A program made the translations under genes and the position numbers. From Klebsormidium nitens (taxonomy: Eukaryota > Plantae > Klebsormidiophyceae): a DNA stretch of 64,000 bases. The notes beneath the pieces are model-generated. The model was not told the origin of the DNA and ran no database searches. It was given only the letters and a program-made list of their open reading frames with translations. Position 1 is the first letter of the stretch; each line of letters starts with the position of its first letter. Where the stretch lies: the NCBI GenBank assembly GCA_000708835.1, contig DF236957.1, positions 124,001 through 188,000 of the forward strand. The letters run 5' to 3'. This document shows positions 12,801 to 25,800 of the stretch, piece by piece.

Positions 12801-15040
12801 GAAAAAGGGGAGGAATGTTGAAGGCTTCTTGAAGCTCCCTAAGGAGACAAACCTGACGGTTCAGCAACTGACCGCAGTGGAGCTTAGGGAAAGGGGCTTA
12901 CGTTCAAGACAGCGAGACCCGCATCAACATTTGCGGCGTAGGGCGCACCGCCGTTGAATCCATTCCAGCCGAGCCAGAGCATGCCGGCGCCGGCGAGGGT
13001 GAAGATGATGTTGTTGGGGACGAAGCGCTCGCGGTCGCGCAGCAGGCGCGGGCCGAGCTGCAAAATCATGAGGCTGAAGTCAGCATGACGTCATAGCAGG
13101 GGTTGGGCTCAGTTGTATGAAATGGAGTCTGATTGTGTCTCAAAGAAAGCACAGGGAGCTGAGAGAAAGGCTGGTGCTTAGTGACGTGAAGGGTCGGCCT
13201 CAGGTCATAACAGGCTTTGAGCATCATGAGCAAACAGGTCAGCAGGACCCTGTAGCAAGGACTTGCAACCACAAGGGACTGCCTCCTCTAGATAAAGAGT
13301 ACTTGAGAAGGGCAGCCGAAAGAGCCTTCGCAGCAGGGAAGTGACCCCCAGAGTTCCTTGCTTGGGACAATGCACTAGGTTTCAGACTGAAAAACCAAGT
13401 GGCAGCTGAAGGGTCAGGATACAGGGCAGCTGCGAATGTGCGCCTGCTCATTACAGCTAAGTTTCACAGAAATGTGTCAATACCAACACTCTTAATCTCA
13501 AGACCCTTGGCCAAGGGGCCCATCCAGATCAGTATAATAGGGCACCTACCGGAATGTATGTTGACATTCTGGGTTCAGATGGCTAACATCATTACTGGGA
13601 GGCATAGAAGGGGCATAGAAGGAGGGGCGCGTGCTATTGTTTACCCGTCAACTTCAGGCGCTATTAGTTCTGTATCTGGGGTGAGGGTCTCTATTGGTCC
13701 ACTCTCAAGCGGGTACAAGACAATTCAGCAAATCCTACTCTAGGTGGAAGATTCTCGAAAGAGAGAGGGAGTGGCTGCGTGATATGACGACACATTCTTG
13801 AATCCCAGTTGCGCATTGTCAACAGGGGTCCCTCAAGCCTCTTAGATATTAGGAACAAAATCAATTGCAGAATAAGACCAGCAGTATGTGACTTTTCTGC
13901 AGAAGTACTACAAGCGCACTTGGTTCTTCCTTCACAGTCAGTGAATAAGCTGACCCATATTTATGGATAGAAGCTGAAAATCTGGCATTCAGAAGGGTTC
14001 AAACTTGGAGATATGTGTTCTTCAAGAGCGCATCACGACCACTGAGTTTTCCAGCCGGGGTACAAAATCAGCTCACACAACTACGAACAATACGTTACAT
14101 TCTGCCAAGATTCAATGAAGAATGTAGATCTTATTCAAACTCTCTGCCCAAACCTGGAGTTAGCAGAGGTAGCTAATGTAAGGGGGGGCTTCATCAGCTG
14201 GTCAAATTATAAAAGAGCATGCCAGCTAACTCAGTATTCAGAAGGACACAAGCAGATCTTGGTCGACTCTGGATCCGAAGAAGGTCACAGAGTCTCTTCA
14301 TCACAATGATCATACACAACACCCAGCTGGGAATAATCCACTTTTGGACAACACCAGAACAGGAAGAAGACAGGGGTAGGAAGCAGCCCCCCTCACTTCA
14401 AGAAGAAGAAGTTGTTTGTAGCGGGCAAAGTGTTCCTCACCCAGTATGCTGCAACATAGCCGGCAGTCCCAGACGACACGTGGATCACGTAACCCCCCGC
14501 AAAGTCCAGGATGCCCCATTGGAAACCCCAACCCCCGCCCCACATCGAAAACGCCCCGACCGTGTAGGAGAACACGTGCCACAGCGGCACGAAGATCATC
14601 CACGCAATGAAGTTCATCCGCGCGAGCAGCGACCCCGCGATCAGGACCGGCGTGATGGCCGCAAAGACGAACTGGAAGTAGACGATCGTCGACATCCCGT
14701 AGCTCAACTCCAGCTCCGCCTCGTACAAATGCGCCTGCACCGTCAGGAACCCCGCGCCGAGGGCGGTCCCCGGCTTGCCCAGGATCGGCAGCATGTACTG
14801 CCCGAAGCTCATACGGTATCCGCACAGCACCCACACGATCAGGATGCACGCGTACGAGTACATGACCATGAACGCGGAGTTGACCGCCCACTTCTTCTTC
14901 ACGATGCCCCCGTAGAGCATCACGAGCCCGACCATGGTTTGCAGCCCGACGAAGGTGGCGCTCGTGAGCTGCCATGCGTTGTTCCCGGTGTCGAGAAATT
15001 CCATTGGCTCCTCCATGATCGCGGTGACGTTGTCACCCAT
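9830..15040 (-). CDS. AMT2: Ammonium transporter, plant AMT2 (MEP-type) family, 481 aa
   Basis: Six in-phase exons: 15040-14441, 13057-12902, 12261-12132, 11593-11340, 10496-10371, 10009-9830. Motifs: [47 protein letters not shown] (both pore histidines) and C-terminal [18 protein letters not shown]. Confidence 0.95.
11083..11392 (-). repeat. Three tandem copies of the AMT2 exon-4 3' end plus donor site
   Basis: GCTGACGTCA..CCTGGCCG..GGATGAGCC..ACGGCAGCGGCGTCTCGAACTC occurs at ~11085, ~11195 and ~11325. The last copy is the functional exon. Confidence 0.85.
11736..11802 (-). repeat. Intronic copy of the AMT2 exon-4 acceptor and first ~21 codons
   Basis: The minus strand reads CCAG|GCTTCATCCCCGGTTGG-CGGCTATCGTGAATGGCATCCTGTCCGGCTCCATTCCGTGGTAC, matching the true exon start at 11593 but with a 1-nt deletion. 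Confidence 0.85.
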
Positions 15041-16290
15041 TGTGACGCGTCACTAGCTGAGCTGGCTTGCGCCCAGACGTGGCTGAAGGGTTGCGCGCTT
15101 TTGAGGAGCGGAAGTGCAGTAGCTGCGGGTTTGGGCAGAGGGACGAACGCAGCTGGAAAGAGGTTGTCTGCGTGTTGTTACGAAGGAGGAGGCGGTGGGA
15201 CTGCGAGCTGACCACGTACCAGCTGCGAAATCAGCAAACACAAGTCTGATTCTAACTCCTCCTTGGGTTTCAACATCACAACAAACTTGATCCCAGGTTG
15301 CAGCCACTGCAGAACGATAATGTGGCGCTGGTTTTGCGACGGCAGAGTCCAGACCTTGCTTGAAGTTGAAGGAGGCGTGGGGAAGGCATGACGTCTTCGA
15401 GTAGGTACGGAGAGTCTTGGATGCCCGCATTTCATCTCCTATGCTCTTCTGTGACTTGCTGTCTGTAGGTAGAAAGTACCGGTAGTAGTCTGTGGTAGCT
15501 GCAATTTTAAGGCTTGTTGCTCTCAGTTGAGCACTCTGACCCCGCAGCGCCTGGACGAAAAACTAGGTAGGTACCTGCACTATGTAGCCGTACCTATGAT
15601 GGGACTTCGAAAGAGCTAGGCCAACTTAATGAAGCATACCGTATGCATACCTAGAATTTCTGAACCTTATCCGATCTTCCACAGTGCACACGCGATGTTT
15701 GGGCCGCACACCGTACACAAGTTGTTACCTACAAACCTCCGCATCACACCTGTGTGCACACTTGTGAGCTTGTAAGAATCAGCTCTGCCGCTGCCAGGCC
15801 GAAGGTATCATAGCGAGTTTCGGAGGGGTGCCTAGTCTGGGGGATCCCGCCGACCTAGGGATACCACGGGTTCCACGTGAGTGCACGTGGCCTGTGGTGC
15901 ATGGTACCTACACGCTGGCCCCTGGGCCCCGCTGCTCGACAGCTGTCCGAAAGCTGTGTTCCAGACTACCGATTCTAAACACAGAGCCGTCTGACAGGTT
16001 CGAACTTCCGCGTAACTAATGTCTTCACCTGTGTCAGATGTGTCGGAATGTCGTCAACCTGTCGTTCGCGAACTAACCTGAGGTCTTGACCGTAGATTAT
16101 GTCGACCGGGCATGCCAAGTCAATGTCAACCGTCCGTTGAGAACAGTTCTCTGGAGTCTGGTCCGTTTGAATTTGATTCTGTTCAAAGTTCAAACTTTGA
16201 AGCCAGGCTGCACTCAGCGCTGCGATACAGGCGCAAGTTGCATCTGAGTCCTGCGTTCGCGACAGTACCTATACCTACTAGGATTTTAAT

Positions 16291-16451
16291 AGGGGTGCGT
16301 TCACTTTGATACAGATACAGGAGCACCGGGCAACTCAGTTATTAACACCCTAACCTAAAACATCACGCACTCCGCACTTTGACCGACGCTAACCCCCTAA
16401 CTAACCCCACCCGTCCCCCGGGTGCTTATTGAACTTATTGAACGCACCCCT
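16291..16451. mobile_element. Small TIR element (MITE) with the shared CCGGG...CCCGGGTG core
   Basis: Perfect 13-bp TIR AGGGGTGCGTTCA / TGAACGCACCCCT. The core shares AACCCCACCCGTCCCCCGGGTGC (23 nt identical) with 3683-3705. No TSD seen. Confidence 0.6.
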
Positions 16452-16877
16452 CGGTAAACGCAAAGGATCGCCAGAGTGTGCATGGCCAGCTTGTCGAACT
16501 GCGGACTCTCATCGACGGTTTGGAACCTGTAGATGGAAGTTTTGACGGCCCGATGGCGGCTCTTTATCTTGGCTAGTGCTTGCTAGGTACCTGTTCTCCC
16601 TTGACTCTGAGACTTGAGAACAGCCTATACCGGTAGTATTGATCTCGTCCAGTGCCAGGCTGCCAGCTGAGCCCAGCTCAGGCTGCTTTTGCTTGCAATG
16701 CAAAACACCAGCTACCGTATTGAATTTGAAGACACGGAAGGTTTGCTGAATCATAGCTTCTTCGCAATGTGGCGAAGGCAATGCATGCGGATACCATCTT
16801 CAAAAGGAGTACTGAGGTAGCATGATGCTTGGCGCTACGTTTCGCGCCTTCATCCTGGCCCCTGCTCTGGACCCAAA

Positions 16878-19800
16878 ATGAATGAGGATGTTTCTGAATT
16901 GAAGGGTTCCGTACTGGATGTTCGGCGAGAAAACTATGGCAAGAGGGGTGAGCAACTGCTTCACTCCTCAAAATCTGGGACACAGCTTGCTTTTGGACGA
17001 TTGAGCTGTTCTTTGGTAAAAACAAGGAGTGCTGCTCAGTCTTTCTTCCCAAAAAAGGTGGTGCTTGCTGGGAGGGTGCTGCAGAAGGGGTTGATCCAAA
17101 TCCACAATTTTTATTTTAGAAAGCTGATGCCTTTAAGAAAAAACGCTTGTACGATCTTCTTCACAAGTGCAGGCTGTAGCTTTTATCCACCATCGCAAGC
17201 TTTGCAGCAGATTTCAGGATGGCTTTTTCACACACTGAAAGGTAAAACTACACTTCTCCTTGACTCTCTTGCCTGTGCCTTTACTTAAACGATACATACA
17301 CGGCGAGCGGCTCCAGCGGATAAACGAAGCTCAACTTCTGTGCTGCAGATCATGAGATATTCTCCATCCACGCATACGCCCTGGGCCTCGAGTCCCTCCA
17401 CGCAATCATCGACCTCCCAAGCTTCACAAACGTGCAAACACTCAGCTTGCACAACAACAACATCGCTCACATTGAGCGCCTGGAAAGCCTCACAAACCTA
17501 ACTGAGCTCAATCTTTCGTCCAACAATTTGCAAACCATCGAAGGACTTACACGGTTATTCAGCCTTGAAATCCTGAACCTCGCAAGTAACGGGATCCAGA
17601 AGATTGAGGGCTTGGAACGGCTAACGGCGCTGCGAAGATTGGTGCTCTCTCACAATCAGATCGCATCCTTGGATGGCCTGTCAGCTTTGCATGGACCGAG
17701 GTAAGGTGCTCACGGTTTGTGTGAGATGCTTCTTGCTCTGAGATAACGGGATTCAAAAGTACGCAAATGCATATAAACAGCATCCATTTGGATTGCACTT
17801 TTGATCTCTGGTGTTGTAGTTGCAAACAAGTGTAGACGGAAAAAGTATATGTACGACCCCACCCTGCAATGTGGATATAGAGTAATCCTGTCTGCAAGGG
17901 AATTGCTCAAGGGGATGTCCTGGGAACCCTCTGATTCAGGGGTTGGTAAAATGCAAGGATTTTCGACACCAATGCCGACATGCATCCAGCTCTCCGTTGC
18001 TCTGAATTGGTTAGCCCGTTGCTTGTATAACCAAAAAGGATATGGTCATGCGCGCAAGGCCAGAGGATAATAGAGCATAGGTTCGATCAAGGTCAGAGGA
18101 GGGTTATAGTAGGTTCTGGTGCTGCAATCCTGTTCATCTTGGCCTCATTTGCTGATGAGGAAAAAGCTGGTTGCCTTCTCGACTATGGAGAGCTCCATTT
18201 TTTACGACCACAATCTCTTAAGCAAACCATAATTCTCAAAAACCTGCAGGTATTCACTAACCAGCCTTGACCTCCGGGATAACCTGGTTGCGTCCCTGTC
18301 AGAGGTATGGGTCCTGGCGGGGTTACCCAAGCTGACCACCCTAGTCTTCTCTGCCGGCCACCAGGACAACCCCGTCTGTCACGTTGCGAATTACCGCCAG
18401 GCAGTTACCACAGCGATCCCAGGACTCCAGTCTCTAGATGGGGTCCAAATCCAGCCGAGACGAATTAGCGCTGGCTTGACTGCAAACGAGCCCCAGGAAA
18501 CGGCTGCTTCGCGCCAAAATGTGAACAGGCCTGTGCCGGGAAGACCTATTCACACCCAACTTGGATACAATCTGAACAACCAGCTTCCATACTGGAGGGG
18601 CGGAGACGGAACAGCCCCCCCGGGCCTTCCAGCTCAGTCGGAGAGGGCTGCTTCTGGGGCGTTTACATCCACGAGCTTCACGCCCAAAATCGACCACGCG
18701 TTGCAGGGGTTCTACAGACGGCAGCAGCAGAGGGGGGGTCCTCGGCAAGGGGAACAAGCGTTGTCTCATTCCCCCCATCAGAACAATTTCCGTCCTTTGA
18801 ACAACCAGACCCGGAATGTCTTTGACGATGCTTTAGGGGGCCAGGAGAATATACAGGGCGTTGTGAATGCGGGGGGTCAGGAGCAGGGAGAGAGTTTTCA
18901 CACTGAGGAACATCGGCGGGCTGCAGAGTACGAGGACCGGATCAGGGTGCTGGAGTCGAGGTTGCTGGACTTGGCTCAGAAGGTGGAGAAAGAGGGGGGC
19001 GAAAAAGAGAGGGTGGCGAAGAAAGTGTCGGAGGGGGGCTCAGGGGCGGTTGACCTTGACGGTAGATCAGTGCAGGAGCGGAGTTGGAGTCTGCGCCAGA
19101 AAGAGGCCGACTTCGACAGCGCTGACCAGGTGGCAGAAGAGGAGCGCATCAGCGGATGGAAGAAACGGAAGGGGGGGGAGGAAGTGGCTGGTGGAAATGC
19201 CCCCCCGCAGCACGAAGCACGGCCTCGGACACTCATTCATGGGCATGGGGGCCAGGAGGGGAAGAACAAGATTGTGAACACGGGGACGCAGAGGCTGCTG
19301 GCGCTGGTGAATGAGAGGAAGACCAAGAAGGGGGCTATGGGTGCAACGGAGGTGAGCTGGCACTCAATCTGCATTCAGTTCCGGAGTACTACTTACAGAG
19401 CTGCACCGCTATTGGCAAAGTGAAGTGGACAGGAGGGGAGTTCAGTAACTGCTATGCAAGACAATTGGACCGGTCAGGTTCCAGAGGATTATGCACCCTT
19501 GCATCCAGCAATCTGATCGATGCTGTGAAGCAGCATACATGCTTGTCGTTTTAGCGGCTACTTTCCAAGCCTGATGGCAATAGAAGCATAATCAAAGCAT
19601 GGCACTGGACCCCAAGGTTCAGTAGCTCAAAAACACTTCGCATACAGGGGGATTCATCTTCAATTTTGGAACCTTGCCCTGTTGAGATAGGCCCGCTGAT
19701 GAATCTTTGTCCACCGACTTCACTCGATGCAGGGCAGATGTTTTAGGATGATCTGAATGTCCTTCACCCCAGTGGCCTGGGTTTCTTCGAAAACGCAACA

Positions 19801-22800
19801 GTATTAAATGATGTTGGGAAAGTCTGCCAATTTTACTGAATGATGACCTGGCGACCTGGTTAGGTGCTCTTTTCAGTATATCGTGCTCTCATACTAAAGC
19901 GTGTCTCTGCCACTGCAGACTTCGAAGCTCCGAACGGTTCTTCTTGCGGACGAGGCCACCCAAACATCCAACACGGAGGACTTCCGGGTTTCTCGGCTGA
20001 CTCGAGAGGCAGACGCCCTCCGCAAAGAGCTAGACTCCGTTGCCGACGAGCTGGCGAAACGAGACGCGGCAGACGCGAAGGCAAAAGCGGTTGCAGCTCA
20101 GGAACGAGAGGAGCGGGAAAGGGCGTCGAAAGAGGGGGCAGAGAAGCGAGCAGAACTGGAAGAGCTGGTGAAAAAGCTGACAAAGGAAAGTGCAGAGAAG
20201 CAGGAGGCGTGGGCGAAGAAGGAGAGCGATCTGCAGGGGACGCTACTGGAGGCGGAGAGGCGCGCTGAGGTGAGGCTAACGTCAGCGGCACGGGCTTGAG
20301 AAAATTGTACGATGACGGAGTGCGGTTGATTACGGTGGTGGCTGGTTTGGGTGCCAAGAGAGGTGGTGAGTTGAGCCGGCACTTGCCTTGCCCACTGCAA
20401 GGGCTTTTTAGGGGAGGTATCTGATCCTTCTGCGGGACCGGACGAGGAGCCGTAGAATAAGTTGGCCTTGTTTATTGAGCGTCCTTGTCTGTCTGTCGGA
20501 GGGTACAGATGAGTCACTCGACTCTGCTTTGCTGTTCAAACATATCAAATCAGCACCGCAAGACTTTGCTTTGCTGACTTCAAGGGAATGCATACAGCGC
20601 CCCAACCTTTGAAGAAGAGTCTCTCACTTGATTCGCAGTGGCTTTCATTTGTCGAGGCTTGTCGTGCTTGCCTTGTGTCGGGCTGTCTAGGTTCACTCTT
20701 CGTAATGTGTCCTGGAAAAATTCAATCCTATCCGCAGGCAAAAGCTCACAGTCTGGAGGTTGCTCAAGAGTCGCTAGCCGCACTGGAGGCCCAAGCCGTG
20801 TCCGCCAAAGCCCGGGCCGTTTCGGACGCCGTCCAAACCCTCCAAAAGGAACTTTCGGACGTCCGAACCGAGAAAGCCAGAGTTGATGCGGACCTGGCAG
20901 CCGCTGCGGCGTCGAGAAAAGAGCTGGAGGGAGAACTAGAAAGGGGGAGACGAGAACGGGAGGGTGCGCAGGAGAGGGCGAGGGTTGCAGCGGCGGGGGC
21001 GGAGGAGGTGCGGAAGAAGCTGCAGGCGGTGTCAGCGGAAGCAGTGAGTGGGCATCCTCGAGACATTCGTGAAGATTATGAGTCTTCCTTTTCCTTTTCT
21101 TTCTTTCTTCAACATCGATTTGAGTTGGATTTCGATTCGAGAAACAATTTGGTGCCCAGGGTTTCGATGAGAGTATACAACCGGGGTGTCGCGCCTGGAG
21201 GCTGGGTCAGCACATTGCGGGTGGTCGCTGGACTCCACCTTCAGCCTTGCTTTCGCTTAGCCAGCCAACGACGTGCTTTGGCAGAGCCGAACGCGATTAC
21301 AGGTTTGTGGAAGCTGTTGAAATCGATAGCGTGCTTTGTGAGCTGCACTGGCACGACCTCAGGCGTTCTGAAGAACCATGCCTATACTTGAGTTCTGTTT
21401 TTGAAGTAGCGGGTCAATCTGGCGTTTGAAGAACCCTGCTCGGCGCCGACTCGGTCGCCAAATCACGACTGCTGTCAGTTTCTGCAAAGAGCCGCAGTGT
21501 CGGGCAGGGCAAGATTGTGCTGTTCTAAGTCCTGACTTGCACGTTTCACCTTCCACCAACCACTTCCCAAAAACACAGTCGGAATGCTGAAAGACCTCAC
21601 CGTTTACCGTTTGCTACTCGTTTATTACGTCAGGAGGCGAGCAAAGTCGATAAGGCCGCGTTCCACTGATAACCGACAATTCCGCTAAAGGTGCTGACTT
21701 CTGAAAAGACCTCGCTGCACAACGCTTACCACCCGTCTCTGCGTCAAAATGTTCGCAAAAATAAGGGAATGCTTAAAGACCCCACCGTTTACTGGTGACT
21801 ACCCTTCTTCACTGCAGGAGGCGAGCAAAGTGGGCGAGGCCGCAGCCCGCGACGAGGCGCGGCGCATGGCGGCCGCTCTGGCGCTCTGCCACGAGGACCA
21901 CCAGATCGCGATCAACCACCTCAAGGAGTAAGGCCAAGTCCGATCCCCTATTAAGCGTCCAGATCGACGGATGTCACCCGTATGTGACGACGACGTCTGT
22001 GAGCTGATAGTTAGAATTTGCGACAGCACTTCCCTGCAGGCCTCTGCACCGTCCGGTAGACATGCGTGTCCTCTAATCACTTTCATTCTTGTCTCCGGAG
22101 TCATCTCGTAGCTAAGGCTTACGTCTGAGATCGCCAGGTAAAATTCACGCTTTTCCGTCTCTGGCAAGACGCAACTCGCCGTGCAGTTGGAGAACAGTCA
22201 ACCACAACATCGAAGTGTCAAGTTTGCAATTGCAGTCTGAGGCAGAGAGTCAGGACCACGTACCTACAACTTCGATTCAAATCTGTCAAAGCTGCGACGC
22301 ATCATTCAAGGCAAGAAACTTCTGCTCAGATTGCTTCGTCCGCACAGGCTGCATTCGCAAGAGGTGCAAAACCTGGTCGAGCGGGAGGCGGCGCACGCAC
22401 GGGAAAGGGCAGCGCTGGAGTCTGGGCATGCTCAGGCGAAGCGGCAGCTGGAGGGAAGGATCCGAGACCTGGAAGACGAGCTGCGGAACGCCTTGCAAGG
22501 TGAGCAATCATCCACACATGATTTTCGCTGCTCAGATCTGGAAACGAGAGATGCACGACCGCCCAAAACCAAGGGTTGTGCGAGCGGGATGTGAGAGACA
22601 ATCCTCTGTAGCCAATCCCTCTTTTGAGTGTCGCCATTCCTGTCAGAAAATGTTCGGTGTGAAAACTTCTCACCCTGTTTTGCTGACAACCTTCCATTAG
22701 AAGGCGTCGGATGTCAGGTTGACTCATTGGACGGAGTCTCGCCAATCGCTTTGTCAAGCTCCCCTGCGTAAAAGCCAAACAGCAAAGGTGTAGATTCATT

Positions 22801-25800
22801 CTCCTCAAACATCTAAGTCATGAAGAGGGTTGCATGGGAATGGACGGACAGACTCAGCAAACCGCCTCGTGCAAGTGAAGGAATCTGTGCAAGCTTTCCT
22901 TAGTAGTCATTGTGCATATCCCTTCTCTGCAGACAACGCCGCTGAGATCCAAAGGCTGCAGGGCTCGCTGGAGCGCGCGGAACTAGAAGCGGCGGAGAAC
23001 CGACGCTCCCTTCGGGCCTCGCTACAGAAGGTGGGGGTCACCGATCCGTTCGTGGCATACCCCTCGATTCGTGCAGTTTTACAGTCGTAGCTGCCGCCTT
23101 CCGGTTGAGATTGCTACATTTGGTACCAAGTGCATCTGCTTGTCTCCTTTCTGTAGATTCAGATTCAATGACCTGCTCAATGGATTGTGTCATTTCTAGT
23201 GTTTCCGCAATCTTTCCCGCAGCGTACTTTCTAACGCGGCCTCTATCTCGTCCTCATGGGCTCCAGCCTGACGTCCGGCGTCGCTGACGCAAGCCTTTTC
23301 CTGTTCCGCTTCTCAAGGAGTCTCAAGCGGAAGAGCTGGTGGCGGAACTGACGGAAGTCGTGCGGCGCCAGAAAGCCAAGATTGAGGCGCTGCAAAAGGA
23401 GCGGGAAGAGGCCGAGCCAAGAAGAGGAGTGAGGCTTCACTTGAAGCAACCGGCCAGAAAACTCAATGCCTACATAGGGCATCCTTTGCTTTTGCATGAG
23501 ATGTCAAGAAGGGACTAGGACCTGTGTCACCCGCAGCTCGATGTCGTCTGCAAGTACTGCCTTGAAAGCAGCCAGCCTTTCCGAGCATGCCAACGCTACT
23601 GTTTGGGTCCGCTTGCCCACCCCAACTCATTCTTCAACATGCTTCCTCCAATTCAGAATACAATAATGTCCCTTCTGCAAGTTGGGTTTCTGCTACAGGA
23701 GACGCTCAGGTCTAGGATATCATCTCTACAATGAATCTCACACAAGAAAACGGATATTTCGGGCAAGAGCAACCTCCTGTTGAAGACAGGGCGGGTGTAA
23801 AGAAAGTGGAGAAGAGATTGGCCATATTTCGTCCAAGGCTTTAAACAGACTGTCTCATCGAGGACGAGTCCCTGACTTTTTAAATCTGCAGAAGGCGCTT
23901 GCAGGAGGTTGCCGTGTTCCGGCGACGAGGAGAAAAATCCTCTGGCGCACGAAGCCGAGCGAATTGCTCTCAGCTAGATCGATGGGATCCTTACCGAGCG
24001 CTTTCTCTAGAATTCGAGAGTCCTCGTCGAAACTCTTGATAAGATCTATTCCAGGAGATTGCTACGCCATGACGACGAGTAAAACCCTAGCGGCGCGCAG
24101 AACCGAGCTCGGTGACATGCTGCTCTCAGAGGAGTCCAATTAGCTTCTTACCAACGCTCTACTCTACCTTTGGACGTTTCATCCAGCATTGTTCTGAACC
24201 TTGCAGGAGGTTGCCGCGCTACGACGTCGAGTAGAAACCCTAGCGACGCGCGAACTCGAGCTCGGCGAGCTGCTGTCCGAAAAGGAAGGCGCTCTCGCGG
24301 CAACGGACGCGGCCCTCGAGAAACGGACGTCCGAGAACCGAGAACTAGGCGCGGCGCTCGCAAAGGCGCAGGAGAGCGAAAGGAGGCGAGGCGACGAGGA
24401 GGGGCTGCTGAGGCAGCGGCTAGAGCTGGCGGAGGATAAGGTTAAGGTGGGTGCTTTAGTCCTGAGTGTGGCTCCCTGTTTGCGTTGCGATCATGCCAAA
24501 AGGAAACAAAACCCGAAGTAAGTTAAGCGGCCAAGTCGAAAACGTGTTTGACAGATGGTCTCTCGGTAAAGTTGCTTTTGTCCGTCAGCAAAGTGTACGT
24601 TTTGTTCAGTCTCTTCCCGCTTTTTGCTTGTATACCCTGGAGCTCTGCAGCATCCACTCGTACTGGCATTTATCGTGCGATTAATCCCAAAAAATTTGCG
24701 TTCTCTCGGATACCTGTCCTGAATTCGCATCGCTTTTCCTTGACTACCCCGAGGCGGATTCTCGATGCGGAAAGGCGAGATTTTGAGGTTTTTACACCCC
24801 GTGTCCTCAGATCAAGGACAAGATGCTCGACAGTCAGAACGCATCCCTGGCCGGCTCGAAGGGTGAGATTGCCCGGCTGAAGACTGCCGTTCGAGAAACC
24901 GAGGACGCAGCGGCACGGGCGGCTGCAGAGTGGAAAGAGCGGCTGCGGGACGAAATTGAGCAAGTGAGTGCACACTGACGTCACAATGGATAAAGGGCTA
25001 GAGTCACCGATTGCTCGTGTTGAAGCTCGAAATCTTTACGCAGCACTCAATGTAAGCACCGAAGTAGGCTCTAGGTCAAACGCTTTTTTTATACCCTCTC
25101 AGCAGCCGAGCTTGATCCAAGCCTCAGAGTAGCTCACCCCCGAGGTTGGCACTCTAAGATACCACGCAGTCGCCGCATTAGCGCATAGGCGGAGATCGAT
25201 TCGATCATGAAAGGCCAGTCACGAACGCCTGACCTCCTATTCGCCGAAGTTTTTGCAGCTTCTAAGTGTCCCCCCTGTCCTTGCGGGAGCGCGCGCTGAG
25301 GGTCGAGCCGGAGGCTCAGATCGTTCGATGGCGCTTTCTCCTGCAATTCTTGCACCGCCAGGATCAGTATTACATTTCCTGCCATTGAGGGACGCCTCCG
25401 CTCCTGCAAGCCACGAAAGCCAAAAATCTTTGCATTCGTCAGACGCCCAAGTCTTTGTGCAGGGGCGCGCGCTGAGGGCCGAGCTGGAGGCTCAAGACGC
25501 GACGTTAGCGGAGCTGGAGGACAAACTAGAGGCGGAACGTGGGGCCGGGAAGAAGGCGGCCGCCGAGGCGAAGGAGCTGAGAGCGAAGCTGGACGAAAAG
25601 GACGGCGTCCTGCGGTGAGCCGCTGAAAGTAATTGCTCCTCGTGCAACTAGATGTGGTGTCACGGCGACACAAGGAACTGATTTACTGCTCGTTTGTCGC
25701 CGAGATTTAAATTGCGCGGTAGAGGAGCTGAGAGCGAAATTGGACGGAAAGGACGGCGTCTTGCGGTGAGCCGTCGCCACCAGCGGTGCTCGAACGGAGC

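Noticed and set aside
14219-15211. 330-aa plus-strand ORF (and the 221-aa minus alternative frame)
   Set aside because: Shadow frames of GC3-rich AMT2 exon 1.
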